Shown here: piece after piece, positions 41,139 to 50,497 of the stretch
How the letters are laid out: every line of letters begins with the position of its first letter
How positions within the stretch are numbered: the stretch's first letter is position 1
NCBI GenBank assembly: GCA_965214095.1
Contig: OZ243938.1
Coordinates: 1,216,001 to 1,280,000, forward strand
Direction of reading: 5' to 3'
DNA: 64,000 bases
Source of the DNA: Candidatus Poribacteria bacterium
Lineage (GTDB): Bacteria > Poribacteria > WGA-4E > WGA-3G
Translations under genes and position numbers: made by a program
The notes under the pieces: generated by a model
Told to the model about the DNA's origin: nothing
What the model saw: only the letters and a program-made list of their open reading frames with translations
Databases searched by the model: none

Positions 41139-41774
41139 TTAGGTCTGTTTTGCTTGTTGTATTTCTTGCATTAGGTTTCTTGTTGCCACAAGCGGATCTT
41201 TCTGTCCACACACCGCAGAAATCACTGCAATACCGTGTGCACCTGCATTAATCACATCTGCAGCAGTATCTATCGTTATCCCACCAATGGCTATCACTGG
41301 ACACGTTGCAATCTCACACATCCGACGCAATCCTTCTAAACCCTTAGGTCTTTCAGCATCTGATTTTGAACAAGTCTGATAGATCGGTCCATATCCAATA
41401 TAATCTGCCCCTTCAGAAATTGCCTCAAGTATTTTCTCTTCAGTTCGTGCGGAGGCACCGATAACGGTCTCTGTGGATAGTATCCGTCTACCAATTGCAA
41501 CTGGCATGTCATCTTGTCCAAAGTGTGTTCCATCTGTCCCAACTGCAAGCGCGATGTCTGCCCTGTCATTTACAATCAACGGCACGTTGTGTTTTGTGCA
41601 TATTTCTTTCATCTGCTGCGCGGTTTCCATCAACTCGCGCGTTGTTCCATCTTTCTGACGGAACTGGATTGTATCTGCGCCACCTTGTATTGCAAGTTCA
41701 GCAAGTTGCGCATGACTAAACCGAGTTTGTCCTGTTGTATCTGTGATGACGTGTAGAACACCAATATTTTTCAT
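41139..41774 (-). CDS. thiE: Thiamine-phosphate synthase
   Basis: IQFRQK, VNDRADIA, HFGQDD, GASA, ADYIGYGP, AIGGI. Confidence 0.88.
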   Translation of the reverse strand: MKNIGVLHVITDTTGQTRFSHAQLAELAIQGGADTIQFRQKDGTTRELMETAQQMKEICTKHNVPLIVNDRADIALAVGTDGTHFGQDDMPVAIGRRILSTETVIGASARTEEKILEAISEGADYIGYGPIYQTCSKSDAERPKGLEGLRRMCEIATCPVIAIGGITIDTAADVINAGAHGIAVISAVCGQKDPLVATRNLMQEIQQAKQT

Positions 41775-41878
41775 GTTGGATTTCTATTGAATATATGCTA
41801 TGTTAATGGGAATGTCTGTTTTGGAGAAAGTTTCCCAGAAATACGATTGATCCTAATTAGTATAACACATAAAGGAGT

Positions 41879-42520
41879 TTGTTTGTGAGTAATATGTTGT
41901 TTAAATCTGGAGAAAAGGTCTTATTCATTGGTGATAGCATCACGGATTGTGGCAGACGTGGAGACCATGCACCTTATGGGCATGGGTATGTGCGAAAGAT
42001 TACTGAATTGATTACTGCAAAATACCCTGAGCGCGACATAACTTATGTAAATAAAGGTATCGGTGGGGATATTGTTGAAGGTTTGGAAAATCGATGGGAT
42101 ACAGATGTGATTGATGAAAAACCTGATTGGGTCTCTGTGAAAATCGGTATCAACAATGCAAGTCGTCAACTCGGACAAGGTGTCTCAAACGAAGAATATC
42201 TACCAGAGTGGGAAGCATGCTACAACCGTATTCTCACCCGTGTAAAAAATGAATTAGATGCACCGCTTTTCCTGTTTGAAATCTTCTATATTGAAGAGGA
42301 TGTTGAAAATCCGCGTCCGTTAGCCGTAGATGCATACAATGCCTGTATCCATAGACTTGTAGGAGAATATGATGCACGTCTGATACAGACTAATAATGCA
42401 TTTGATCGTGCAGTTGCCGCACGACCAGGTGCATTATGGACTACACAAGATGGTGTTCATCCCAATGCAGAGGGACATACATTGATGGCGTTAGAATTCT
42501 TGAATCTCGCAGGTTGGTAA
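41879..42520 (+). CDS. SGNH/GDSL hydrolase (possible carbohydrate esterase)
   Basis: GDSITD, NKGIGG, GIN, DGVHP blocks. Confidence 0.9.
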   Translation: MFVSNMLFKSGEKVLFIGDSITDCGRRGDHAPYGHGYVRKITELITAKYPERDITYVNKGIGGDIVEGLENRWDTDVIDEKPDWVSVKIGINNASRQLGQGVSNEEYLPEWEACYNRILTRVKNELDAPLFLFEIFYIEEDVENPRPLAVDAYNACIHRLVGEYDARLIQTNNAFDRAVAARPGALWTTQDGVHPNAEGHTLMALEFLNLAGW

Positions 42521-42542
42521 TGCAGAATGTTAACTGTCTATT

Positions 42543-42645
42543 TATGGTGAAGAATATGAGCAATTATGCCTTTACCTAATACGGTAGGCGAGGTCTCACA
42601 GCCTCGCCTGTGCCAAATATAGATAAAACTTAAAATTTCCCAATA
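42543..42645 (+). mobile_element. MITE-like element with REP GTAGGCGAGG...CCTCGCCT (homologous to 55222-55323, opposite orientation)
   Basis: TATGGTGAA start; central hairpin; colinear with the reverse complement of 55222-55323. Confidence 0.6.
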
Positions 42646-42655
42646 ACTTGTAATA

Positions 42656-43150
42656 TTATTCAGATTCGAGATGTCTTTTTACATTCTCCTTACCAAATGC
42701 CCACACCTCTTCACCAAATTCCTCCAAATAAGAAGCAAAAAGCGAATTCTCAAATTCATTAGCAAAATTGTCACTGATTTGTGGATATAGGAAATGTAGA
42801 AGTAAGGCAACAATAATCACACTTGAAGCAATACCAAGACATAAACCGAGAAGACTATTCAACCATCCTAAAATACCTTCCTCAAATAATCGGTGAATCC
42901 GTCCAAATATCAGGTCAACTATTATAGAGACAATCAATATCAGTACCACAATACTGATCCATTTCGCAATATCCTCCTGTGGAATAACTTTCTCAATAAG
43001 ATAAGCAAGTTCCTGCCACGCTTGACTTGCAACGACCAAACCCGCACCTAAAGCAAAAACACCCCATATACTGCGGGTAAATCCTGCTTTGAAGCAACTA
43101 AATCCTGCTAATCCAACGAGAATGAGTACGATAATATCAAGTATTGACAT
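42656..43150 (-). CDS. cvpA: CvpA family membrane protein
   Basis: ILDIIV...GF..S; LGWLNSLLGLCLG; ENS motif. Confidence 0.75.
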   Translation of the reverse strand: MSILDIIVLILVGLAGFSCFKAGFTRSIWGVFALGAGLVVASQAWQELAYLIEKVIPQEDIAKWISIVVLILIVSIIVDLIFGRIHRLFEEGILGWLNSLLGLCLGIASSVIIVALLLHFLYPQISDNFANEFENSLFASYLEEFGEEVWAFGKENVKRHLESE

Positions 43151-43261
43151 AGTAAGAAAGTATCTGACAAAGGGATCATTATTTTTGAAGTATTTGACGT
43201 GGGTGTTCTAAAATGGATGTAAAATGTATAGAAAAGTTAATCTTATGCTGAAGGAATCTTG

Positions 43262-44269
43262 TTAATTCGTAATAATAGATTTATCATAAATGAGTCGCAA
43301 TGCAATATCAATCGGCGTGTCATTACGTATAAGTTGTAGAAGATTTCTGATAGCATGGAATCCAGACCCATCAATCATGGAAGACACTATGGCAGCAGAT
43401 TGTAGATATGCAATTTTTCGATCTGAAGTTGACTTCTGAGCAAACGGTTGACTGAGTTCAGTCAACGTTGGTAATGTGCCGTTCTTATCCGCTTGTTCTA
43501 ATGCATGTTTTTCAAAGGATAAAAGTGGACGTGCACTGCACTGCGCAAGTCCTTCATTCAACCAAATTGGACAATTTCCATCTGATAACAAATCCACTAA
43601 CAGATGTGTCCATTCATGCCGAATCAATGTCCATAATACTCCCAGTTCCGGTTCACCCTCAGCACAATACTTTAGCATAATATGTCCATCATAACTGCCA
43701 CTTGCCCATGATGGTAAGTTACTCTGTGCTGTTGCATTGTCCGTGTTAATGATTGAAATAGATATCTGACCATCAGGAAAACAATCGAGTTTAGAGCCAA
43801 CTTCTTTGTATGTTTTTACGATGAGTTGGCAGATATACCAAAGAGTTTTTGGCATAAGTGCAGGTTCAACAGATAACTTCAAGAACTTATCTTCTACGAC
43901 GTTCTGTGGACTTTCTAAATTCTTGTCTTCAAGGATGTGGATAAACTCAGGTGGAGGGTCGTCTATTAACACTGCATCGGCAATTATCTGTTGATAGTAG
44001 GTTTTTTCTTCTCTGATACGCGCCAAACGTCTGTGTACCGTTGGTGAATCTGGAGACAACTGTAACGCAATGTCTAAGTATGACAACGCCTGATCCCAAT
44101 TACCTACCATTTCATAAGCTTTCGCAAGGTCAGCGTAGATATGGAAATGACTCTTATCAACTTTTAAACCTGATAAGTAATTGTGTATGGCTTCAACATA
44201 ACGGGCTTGCTGATAACAAACTGCCGCTTGTTGAAAATGGGACATAGCAAGTGCACTTGTATCAGACAT
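43262..44269 (-). CDS. TPR + MA-type zinc metallopeptidase-like protein
   Basis: N-terminal TPRs; HEWTH (HExxH) followed by PIWLNEGLA. Confidence 0.85.
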   Translation of the reverse strand: MSDTSALAMSHFQQAAVCYQQARYVEAIHNYLSGLKVDKSHFHIYADLAKAYEMVGNWDQALSYLDIALQLSPDSPTVHRRLARIREEKTYYQQIIADAVLIDDPPPEFIHILEDKNLESPQNVVEDKFLKLSVEPALMPKTLWYICQLIVKTYKEVGSKLDCFPDGQISISIINTDNATAQSNLPSWASGSYDGHIMLKYCAEGEPELGVLWTLIRHEWTHLLVDLLSDGNCPIWLNEGLAQCSARPLLSFEKHALEQADKNGTLPTLTELSQPFAQKSTSDRKIAYLQSAAIVSSMIDGSGFHAIRNLLQLIRNDTPIDIALRLIYDKSIITN

Positions 44270-44333
44270 GTGATTAATTTAGATTATTGCAAATTCAGAT
44301 AAATTAAGATGTAAAGAACTATACAAATAGTCT

Positions 44334-44480
44334 GTTTGGAAAGGTTTTTACCCTCCAAACTTGTCGGCGAGTTTCCAGCCTCCAGTTTGGTTTGGTAGGA
44401 TTTATTGTCAAGAAAAACATAGGAGCGGGCATTCCTCCCAAACCTAAAGGATTGGGTCTCCTGCCCGAAGATTAGATGAA
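44334..44480 (-). mobile_element. Solitary IS200/IS605-like end (subterminal hairpin next to a TTCAT pentamer) with a downstream structured segment
   Basis: Minus strand: TTCAT...CGGGCAGGAGACCCAATCCTTTAGGTTTGGGAGGAATGCCCG, then TTGACA and a second hairpin; no tnpA/tnpB/iscB ORF. Confidence 0.5.
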
Positions 44481-44549
44481 CAAACAAGTCTCTATGAAAT
44501 AATTATGAAACCAATTTTGACTATCTGTTGTCTCTCCCCTATTCTTTCT

Positions 44550-45191
44550 CTACTCTGTATCAATATCAACGATCTGGAAAGTAATCTGTCCACACTTGAA
44601 CTCGCTTCCTTCTTGAATAGGAGATGAGTCTTTGACACGGACTCCATCAACATAAGTTGGGGTAGAACTTCCTAAATCTGTGATTGATACCTCATCTTCC
44701 TCTTTCTCAAAAGAAAGATTGACATGAGCCAATGGTCGCGATGAAGCATCTTCTGAGTCTTCAGGATTTTGCCACTGCTTCAATTCTCCTTCTGACGGTG
44801 GTTTCAGAGAATTCGGCATAACATCCGTATCTACATTCCCCATGACCTCTGGACTATAGGCAGGCTGAGGATTGAGTGCATAACCCTCTTCACCAGTTTT
44901 TCGTTGTCCTTTACCCTTAATCGCCACCATAAGTTTCTCAGCAACGCGTTCCTTAGAACCTTCTCGTGGGGTAATGCTCTCTGTTTCTTGAAAACGATAA
45001 TGGGCAAAATCAATCAGATCCTTTACTTTATGGAAGTGGCTGGATCCTTGTATATTCTTCAAAAGACTCTTCTGTTTACGACTGAGTTTCTCATTCTTCA
45101 GCCAACAAGTATATGCTTCCTGAATCTCTGCTTCATAGATATCGGTATCGCTATACCGAGCGGTCATTGGTGTCTTCCTGAAAAAACGCAT
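44550..45191 (-). CDS. Putative anti-sigma/partner protein with degenerate C-terminal FHA-like domain
   Basis: Directly after ECF sigma; ITDLGSSTPTYVDG..V......IQEG....CG resembles the C-terminal half of FHA. Confidence 0.6.
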   Translation of the reverse strand: MRFFRKTPMTARYSDTDIYEAEIQEAYTCWLKNEKLSRKQKSLLKNIQGSSHFHKVKDLIDFAHYRFQETESITPREGSKERVAEKLMVAIKGKGQRKTGEEGYALNPQPAYSPEVMGNVDTDVMPNSLKPPSEGELKQWQNPEDSEDASSRPLAHVNLSFEKEEDEVSITDLGSSTPTYVDGVRVKDSSPIQEGSEFKCGQITFQIVDIDTE

Positions 45192-45228
45192 TAGTTATCC
45201 TCCAAGTATGTAAATCTATTTAGTAAAA

Positions 45229-45846
45229 CTAATGTATCCATTGAATTCCTTTATTGATTAATATTTGTCTTAACTCTTGTGTGCAACGGAATATCCAGAT
45301 TTTGACAGTACCATCTTTACGGTTGAGTATTCGTGATATATCCGCTACACTACATCCTTCTAAATGTCGGAGAATCCATGCAATACGGTGGTTCGGTTTT
45401 GTAACCTGTTCAAGGGCTTTCTCTAAAATCTCTTGTGCCTCCTGAGCAATTATATGCTTATCTGGTCCAGGTCTACCATCTTCGTACTCATTTAGCGGCA
45501 AATCATCCTGTTCTTCAAGTGTTAGGAGTGATTCCCGAATCCGATCTCTTTTGCGTATCGCATCAATAATTGTATTACGGGCAACTATATTTAACCACGC
45601 CTGAAAACTACCTTTATTGGGATCCCATTTATCACTATGCAATTTTTGCCAGACTTTAGTAAAAACATCTAAACTAACTTCTTCTGTATCATGATGGTCT
45701 TTTAATATCCTATATGCTTTACTATATACCCAGTTGTAGTGTTTATCAAACAACTGACTAAATGCTGCTTCATCCCCCTGCTTTGCTTGTGTGGCTAAGT
45801 AAGTATCTTCGGTTGCATTAAGGTCATTCTTCGCTTGGCGCGCCAT
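45229..45846 (-). CDS. ECF RNA polymerase sigma factor
   Basis: GDEAAFSQLF, region 2 (DVFTKVW...FQAWL..VARN), region 4 HTH (SVADISRIL...GTVK). Confidence 0.92.
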   Translation of the reverse strand: MARQAKNDLNATEDTYLATQAKQGDEAAFSQLFDKHYNWVYSKAYRILKDHHDTEEVSLDVFTKVWQKLHSDKWDPNKGSFQAWLNIVARNTIIDAIRKRDRIRESLLTLEEQDDLPLNEYEDGRPGPDKHIIAQEAQEILEKALEQVTKPNHRIAWILRHLEGCSVADISRILNRKDGTVKIWIFRCTQELRQILINKGIQWIH

Positions 45847-45920
45847 AGACTAAAACCTCCTTCGTCCCCCCTTTAGCCAAAGGTAATATGAAACCGGTTC
45901 ACAGTTTCGCTTAGATTATT

Positions 45921-45947
45921 AACGCAACTTATGTACATTACGTTACA
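45921..45947 (-). promoter_or_regulatory. Putative ECF-type autoregulatory promoter TGTAAC-N17-CGTT
   Basis: Minus strand TGTAAC GTAATGTACATAAGTTG CGTT about 75 nt upstream of the sigma start. Confidence 0.5.
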
Positions 45948-46197
45948 GAAAAAGACGAAAACTTCTGTTACGCATGAATACTTTTGGCAAATTAGAGGAG
46001 CGTTTGTAAATAAATATGTATAAAAATATAGTATGAATAAGAGTATAACGTCTGATTATATTAGCACACAACGGAACATTGCATCAATAAATTCTATAAT
46101 AACAACAAAGTCCTTCCATTCTAAATGGAAATTCATTCATTGAATTGTTATAATATCTACAAAAAGAAATGCACTTAAGCACAAAACATAAATTCTC

Positions 46198-47805
46198 ATG
46201 ACAATAACCTTCCATTCTCATCATTTAGCCTATAAGTTTCTATTGTGTATCTATTTGATATACATTCTTACGCCTATCTATACAATATCAGCAGACAAAA
46301 GCGGTGAACTCATATCAAAAGTCAAGATTGAAACACTGGAAAAACATGTCATCGCACTACAAGACAATATCACACAATTTCCCACCAAACGGATTTTCAG
46401 AACAAGGAACGCCCATCACCAAGAAGCAACTGAAAACGTAGTTAATTACATCAAGTCGGTTTTTCGCAGTTACGGGAGGTTACAAGTAACAGAGCAAAAT
46501 ATCGGTGGTATCCGTAACATCATTGCAGAACTTCCACCAAAGAAAAATACTTCAAGTAAACACGTTTTCATTATCTGTGCCTATTACGACACCACAGCAG
46601 ACCGGGAACCCAATTGGAACCCATTAGCATCAAGTGCCCCAGGAGCAAACAGAAATGGAACGGGTATGGCAGCCATGTTGGCAATAGCACAAATCCTAAG
46701 CCAAAATGAATATGACCACACAATCAAATTTATCGCATTCGGTGGCGAGGAACTTGGGTTTTTAGGTAGTAAAAATTATATTCATCAGGCAATTGGGAGT
46801 GAGAAAACACATAGCGAATCTTTGGAAAAATCACGTTCACCTGAATCTGAAAAAATAACTGCTGTTTTCAATTTAGATATGATCGGATATAACTGGAAAA
46901 GCGATCTGGTAGAAGTAATCGCGAACAGAGAGTCTATATGGATCAGTCGAGCTCTTGCGATTGCAAATACATGGCACGACATCGGATTGACTATTCGGCA
47001 AACACAGGATGAATTTGTTGACATCTCTTCACACAAGACTTTTTGGGATGCAGGCTATCCTGCTGTTACATTGATTGAAAGTTCTACACCGTGGCGTGAT
47101 TCACAAAACTATACCGCAAACCCGTTTTATCATACTTATTATGATACTGTAGATAAAATCAACTTTCCTCTGGTGACAAAGGTTACACAACTCATTCTTA
47201 TCACAATACACAGTCTACTAACTGATATGTTCCAACCGGATAGAGAATTACCACAAATATCATTGGAATTACCAGACACGGTCAATCAAAATCCATTACA
47301 AATTATAGGTACCTACAAAACAGATTATCCAATAGACATTGTTATTCATCCGAGTAAAGTGAAGGCAGATTTGGACAAAGAAACACATACATATCGTGCA
47401 ACGATTCCGTTGACACCGGGAAAAAACACACTCACTGTTGTTGCCCAGTATCCACTCGGTGCATCTTCTGTGAAACAATCTGTCATTTTAGACGAAGCAT
47501 TTGTCTGGAAGCAAGTTAGCGTCTCACCAAATCCTGTTCGGTTCAATGAGCGAACTGAATTTCGTATTGAAGGAAATCTGGAAATTGCTAACATGAAGAT
47601 AGTCGTCTATGATGTTCGCGGAAACATAATTCAGAGAATTGAAGGTATAGATGATAGACTTGACAAACGGATATGGCGAACATGGTGGAATCAGCAAACT
47701 GTATATGGTTTAGTAGTATCGCCAGGCGTTTATATCTGTCATATTTCCGTAGAATCAAAGGGAGAAACCTTTTCCATCGTAAGAAAATTAGCAATTATAC
47801 GATGA
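46198..47805 (+). CDS. Secreted M28-family peptidase homologue with substituted Zn ligands and C-terminal FlgD/T9SS-like Ig domain
   Basis: CAYYD, GANRNGTG, GGEELG, NLDMIG, YHT; C-terminal SPNP...VYDVRG...WN......VSPGVY. Confidence 0.8.
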   Translation: MTITFHSHHLAYKFLLCIYLIYILTPIYTISADKSGELISKVKIETLEKHVIALQDNITQFPTKRIFRTRNAHHQEATENVVNYIKSVFRSYGRLQVTEQNIGGIRNIIAELPPKKNTSSKHVFIICAYYDTTADREPNWNPLASSAPGANRNGTGMAAMLAIAQILSQNEYDHTIKFIAFGGEELGFLGSKNYIHQAIGSEKTHSESLEKSRSPESEKITAVFNLDMIGYNWKSDLVEVIANRESIWISRALAIANTWHDIGLTIRQTQDEFVDISSHKTFWDAGYPAVTLIESSTPWRDSQNYTANPFYHTYYDTVDKINFPLVTKVTQLILITIHSLLTDMFQPDRELPQISLELPDTVNQNPLQIIGTYKTDYPIDIVIHPSKVKADLDKETHTYRATIPLTPGKNTLTVVAQYPLGASSVKQSVILDEAFVWKQVSVSPNPVRFNERTEFRIEGNLEIANMKIVVYDVRGNIIQRIEGIDDRLDKRIWRTWWNQQTVYGLVVSPGVYICHISVESKGETFSIVRKLAIIR

Positions 47806-47855
47806 ACTCTAAATGAACGTCAAACTGGGAATAGGAACTTTGCAGAGCCAAATGC

Positions 47856-47905
47856 ATAATCCTGAAAATCTAATAATCCTGAAAATCTAATAATCCTGAA
47901 AATCT
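47856..47905. repeat. 17-bp tandem repeat (ATAATCCTGAAAATCTA x ~3) followed by GGTTCAGAC
   Basis: Direct repeats visible in the sequence. Confidence 0.88.
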
Positions 47906-47935
47906 TGGTTCAGACAAATGGGAATACAAAAAAAG

Positions 47936-47964
47936 TGGACAAACACACAATTTTATGGTATCAT
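47936..47964 (+). promoter_or_regulatory. Putative sigma70 promoter of rpsT
   Basis: TGGACA-N17-TATCAT with TGn extension. Confidence 0.5.
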
Positions 47965-48005
47965 TAACTCTGGATATTTACACTTATCAAAGGAGAAATT
48001 ACGTT

Positions 48006-48269
48006 TTGCATAGACGATCAGCTAAAAAACATGCCCGAGCGGATGCGAAAAAACGCGATAGGAACAGACACCGCAAAGCAACACTCAGAACATCGCTCAA
48101 GAATACAGAATTAGCATTGGAAGCAGGTGATTTAGAAACAGCACAACAATTGTGCAAAGTCACATCAAGTCTGCTTGACAGAGCAGCGGTGAAAGGTGTC
48201 ATCAAAAAAGGCACAGCTAACAGACAGAAATCTCGCTTGAATCGTAAATTAAACGATCTCACCGCCTAA
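48006..48269 (+). CDS. rpsT: 30S ribosomal protein S20
   Basis: SAKKHAR...RNR..K..LRT..K; LDRAAVKGVIKK..A.R.KSRL; TTG start after AAGGAG. Confidence 0.93.
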   Translation: MHRRSAKKHARADAKKRDRNRHRKATLRTSLKNTELALEAGDLETAQQLCKVTSSLLDRAAVKGVIKKGTANRQKSRLNRKLNDLTA

Positions 48270-48271
48270 TT

Positions 48272-48390
48272 TATAGTAAAGTTTAGAATTAAGAAGATAT
48301 TTCAATGCCCTTGCAAGTACCACAAGTCCCGTAGGGGCGAGGTTTACTTGCCCTCTGAGGCGTGTCCTATTAATTGTAAATTCCACTATA
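48272..48390 (+). mobile_element. 119-bp MITE-like element (second copy of 38670-38788)
   Basis: TATAGT...ACTATA ends; GTAGGGGCGAGG REP core. Confidence 0.85.
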
Positions 48391-48492
48391 AACATTCAAC
48401 AATTTTTGAGTGCACTCTATTGTTGGCATGGTTTCTAACCCAAATATTCTGTTGGAGTAGTTTCCAACCACGGTTTCTTCAGTCCGAGAGGG

Positions 48493-49875
48493 GTGACACT
48501 TAAAATGAACGCCCGCGAAGTCGCATTAGCCTGCCTGATAGACCTTTCTCAAGCCAATACATCCATTTCATCTATCGTTGACAAGGCATTTGACCGATCC
48601 AACTTAGAAGACCGGGAACGCCGCTTAGCAAATGCCCTTATCTATGGGGTTATTCGTTGGAAAAAACAGTTGGATTGGGTTCTCAAGCAATTTGTCAATC
48701 CGCGTTTCCAACTTGATATTAGACACCGTTCTATCCTGAGACTTGGGACATTCCAATTATTACACCTTGATGGTATCCCTCCGCACGCAGCCATTTTTGA
48801 AACAGTCCAACTCGGAAAAAAGAATAAGAAAACTGCAGGATTTATAAACGCTGTATTGCGGGAAATTCAACGAAAGAAAACAGAATTAGACTATCCTTCA
48901 CTTGATACACACCCGATAGATCATATTTCAACCCGCTTATCATATCCTAATTCGTTAGTGAAAAATTGGATTCAGACACGTGGTCTGACATGGACACTTG
49001 CATTTTGTGAAGCAAGCAACCAGATAGCACCATTGGCAATCCGTGCAAATTCACTTGTTACAGATCGTGACACGTTACACAAATCCTTAAAGGCAGAAGG
49101 TTTAAACACAAGAATCTCAGACATTTCTCCTGATGGAATTGTGATAGAAAATAGATCAGCAACAACAGACGAACCGCAATCAAATCCTAAACGAGAGATA
49201 AGTTTGAAAGATCTGTTAAACCGGGGTGATGTCTATGCGCAAGATGAAAGTGCAATGTTAGTGCCTTATCTTCTCATATCAGACAAACCAAAATTGATAG
49301 TAGATCTATGTGCAGCACCCGGTGGAAAAACAAGTCACCTCGGATGTCTGATGCAAAATACGGGTAAGGTAATTGCTGTGGACATAAATAACATAAAACT
49401 TGATGTGTTACGTGAAAACTGCAAACGATTAAGTGTACAAAACGTAGAAACAAAGGTTATGGATTCAACGAAGGATGATCTCAGTTTCATTAAGGCTGCG
49501 GATGCTGTTCTTTTAGATGTTCCGTGTTCAGGATTTGGCACACTACGCCGCCATCCAGATATCCGTTGGAACAAAGCTGAGGAGCAACTACATGCACTCA
49601 GCAAACTACAGTACCGACTTCTGGTAAAGGCTGCACAACACATCAAAAAAGGTGGTATATTGGTATACAGCACCTGCACAATAGAACCGACAGAAAACGA
49701 GAAAATTGTAAATCGGTTCATGAAAAGTTACCCAATGTTCTCTATAGAACATGCAGGTGAGTTCTTACCAAATATACCGGAAACTGCAATCACCCAAGAC
49801 GGCTTTTTACAGACTTTCCCCCAAGAACATGGTGTTGATGGCACTTTCGCAGCAAGACTCCGCCGTGTAGTTTAG
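48493..49875 (+). CDS. rsmB: 16S rRNA m5C967 methyltransferase (NusB-like + SAM domain)
   Basis: GFINAVLR, QDESA, DLCAAPGGK, DVPCSGFG, YSTCT. Confidence 0.93.
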   Translation: MTLKMNAREVALACLIDLSQANTSISSIVDKAFDRSNLEDRERRLANALIYGVIRWKKQLDWVLKQFVNPRFQLDIRHRSILRLGTFQLLHLDGIPPHAAIFETVQLGKKNKKTAGFINAVLREIQRKKTELDYPSLDTHPIDHISTRLSYPNSLVKNWIQTRGLTWTLAFCEASNQIAPLAIRANSLVTDRDTLHKSLKAEGLNTRISDISPDGIVIENRSATTDEPQSNPKREISLKDLLNRGDVYAQDESAMLVPYLLISDKPKLIVDLCAAPGGKTSHLGCLMQNTGKVIAVDINNIKLDVLRENCKRLSVQNVETKVMDSTKDDLSFIKAADAVLLDVPCSGFGTLRRHPDIRWNKAEEQLHALSKLQYRLLVKAAQHIKKGGILVYSTCTIEPTENEKIVNRFMKSYPMFSIEHAGEFLPNIPETAITQDGFLQTFPQEHGVDGTFAARLRRVV

Positions 49876-49881
49876 CAATAT

Positions 49882-50496
49882 ATGATTGATTTTCAACTAT
49901 ATGTCATAACTGATAGAAAAAGGTGTGCTCCTAAATCTTTGCTGACAGTTGTCTCAGAAATATTGGATGCAGGTGTCAAAGCAATCCAATTACGCGAAAA
50001 GGATTTGGAGGATATATCTCTCTTTCAATTAGCACAACCCATTTCAGAGCAGTGTAAGACCTATGGAGCATGTCTGTTTATCAATACTAACGTACAAGTA
50101 GCGATTGATGTCGGTGCTGCTGGTGTTCATCTCCCTGATAATCACATACCTATAAATCAAGTAAAAGAACAAGCAAACAGTGATATACTGATTGGATGTT
50201 CTATCCACAATATTGAAACTGCAAAAAAACGGGAACGAGAAGGCGCAGATTTCATAACATATAGTCCAATTTATCCAACATATAACAGTCCTGGAGTTGG
50301 TATAGAAGGTCTCCACAAGTTAGTAGAACAAGTAGATATACCACTGTTTGCGCTGGGTGGCATCACACCTGGTCGAGTAAATAAATGTTTAGCAGCCGGT
50401 GCATCTGGCATCGCGGTGATGTCTGGAATCATGGGACCGACAGGTGCTGCTGATAAATCGAAAGCGTACCTATCAGAATTGAAAATTTTAGGATAA
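49882..50496 (+). CDS. ThiE/TenI family protein (second paralogue)
   Basis: LYVITDR, IQLREK, GVHLP, GCSIH, SPIYPT, ALGGI. Confidence 0.82.
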   Translation: MIDFQLYVITDRKRCAPKSLLTVVSEILDAGVKAIQLREKDLEDISLFQLAQPISEQCKTYGACLFINTNVQVAIDVGAAGVHLPDNHIPINQVKEQANSDILIGCSIHNIETAKKREREGADFITYSPIYPTYNSPGVGIEGLHKLVEQVDIPLFALGGITPGRVNKCLAAGASGIAVMSGIMGPTGAADKSKAYLSELKILG

Positions 50497-50497
50497 T

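Noticed and set aside
41775-41878. TPP riboswitch upstream of thiE
   Set aside because: No CUGAGA or other conserved TPP core is visible on the minus strand.
44284-44487. 67-aa ORF
   Set aside because: It overlaps the hairpin/IS-end-like sequence and has no recognisable protein features.
47856-47905. CRISPR array
   Set aside because: Repeats are contiguous 17-mers with no spacers, and there are no cas genes.
41139-50496. Two ThiE-like genes as a novel system
   Set aside because: ThiE/TenI paralogue pairs are common, and these two are unlinked.
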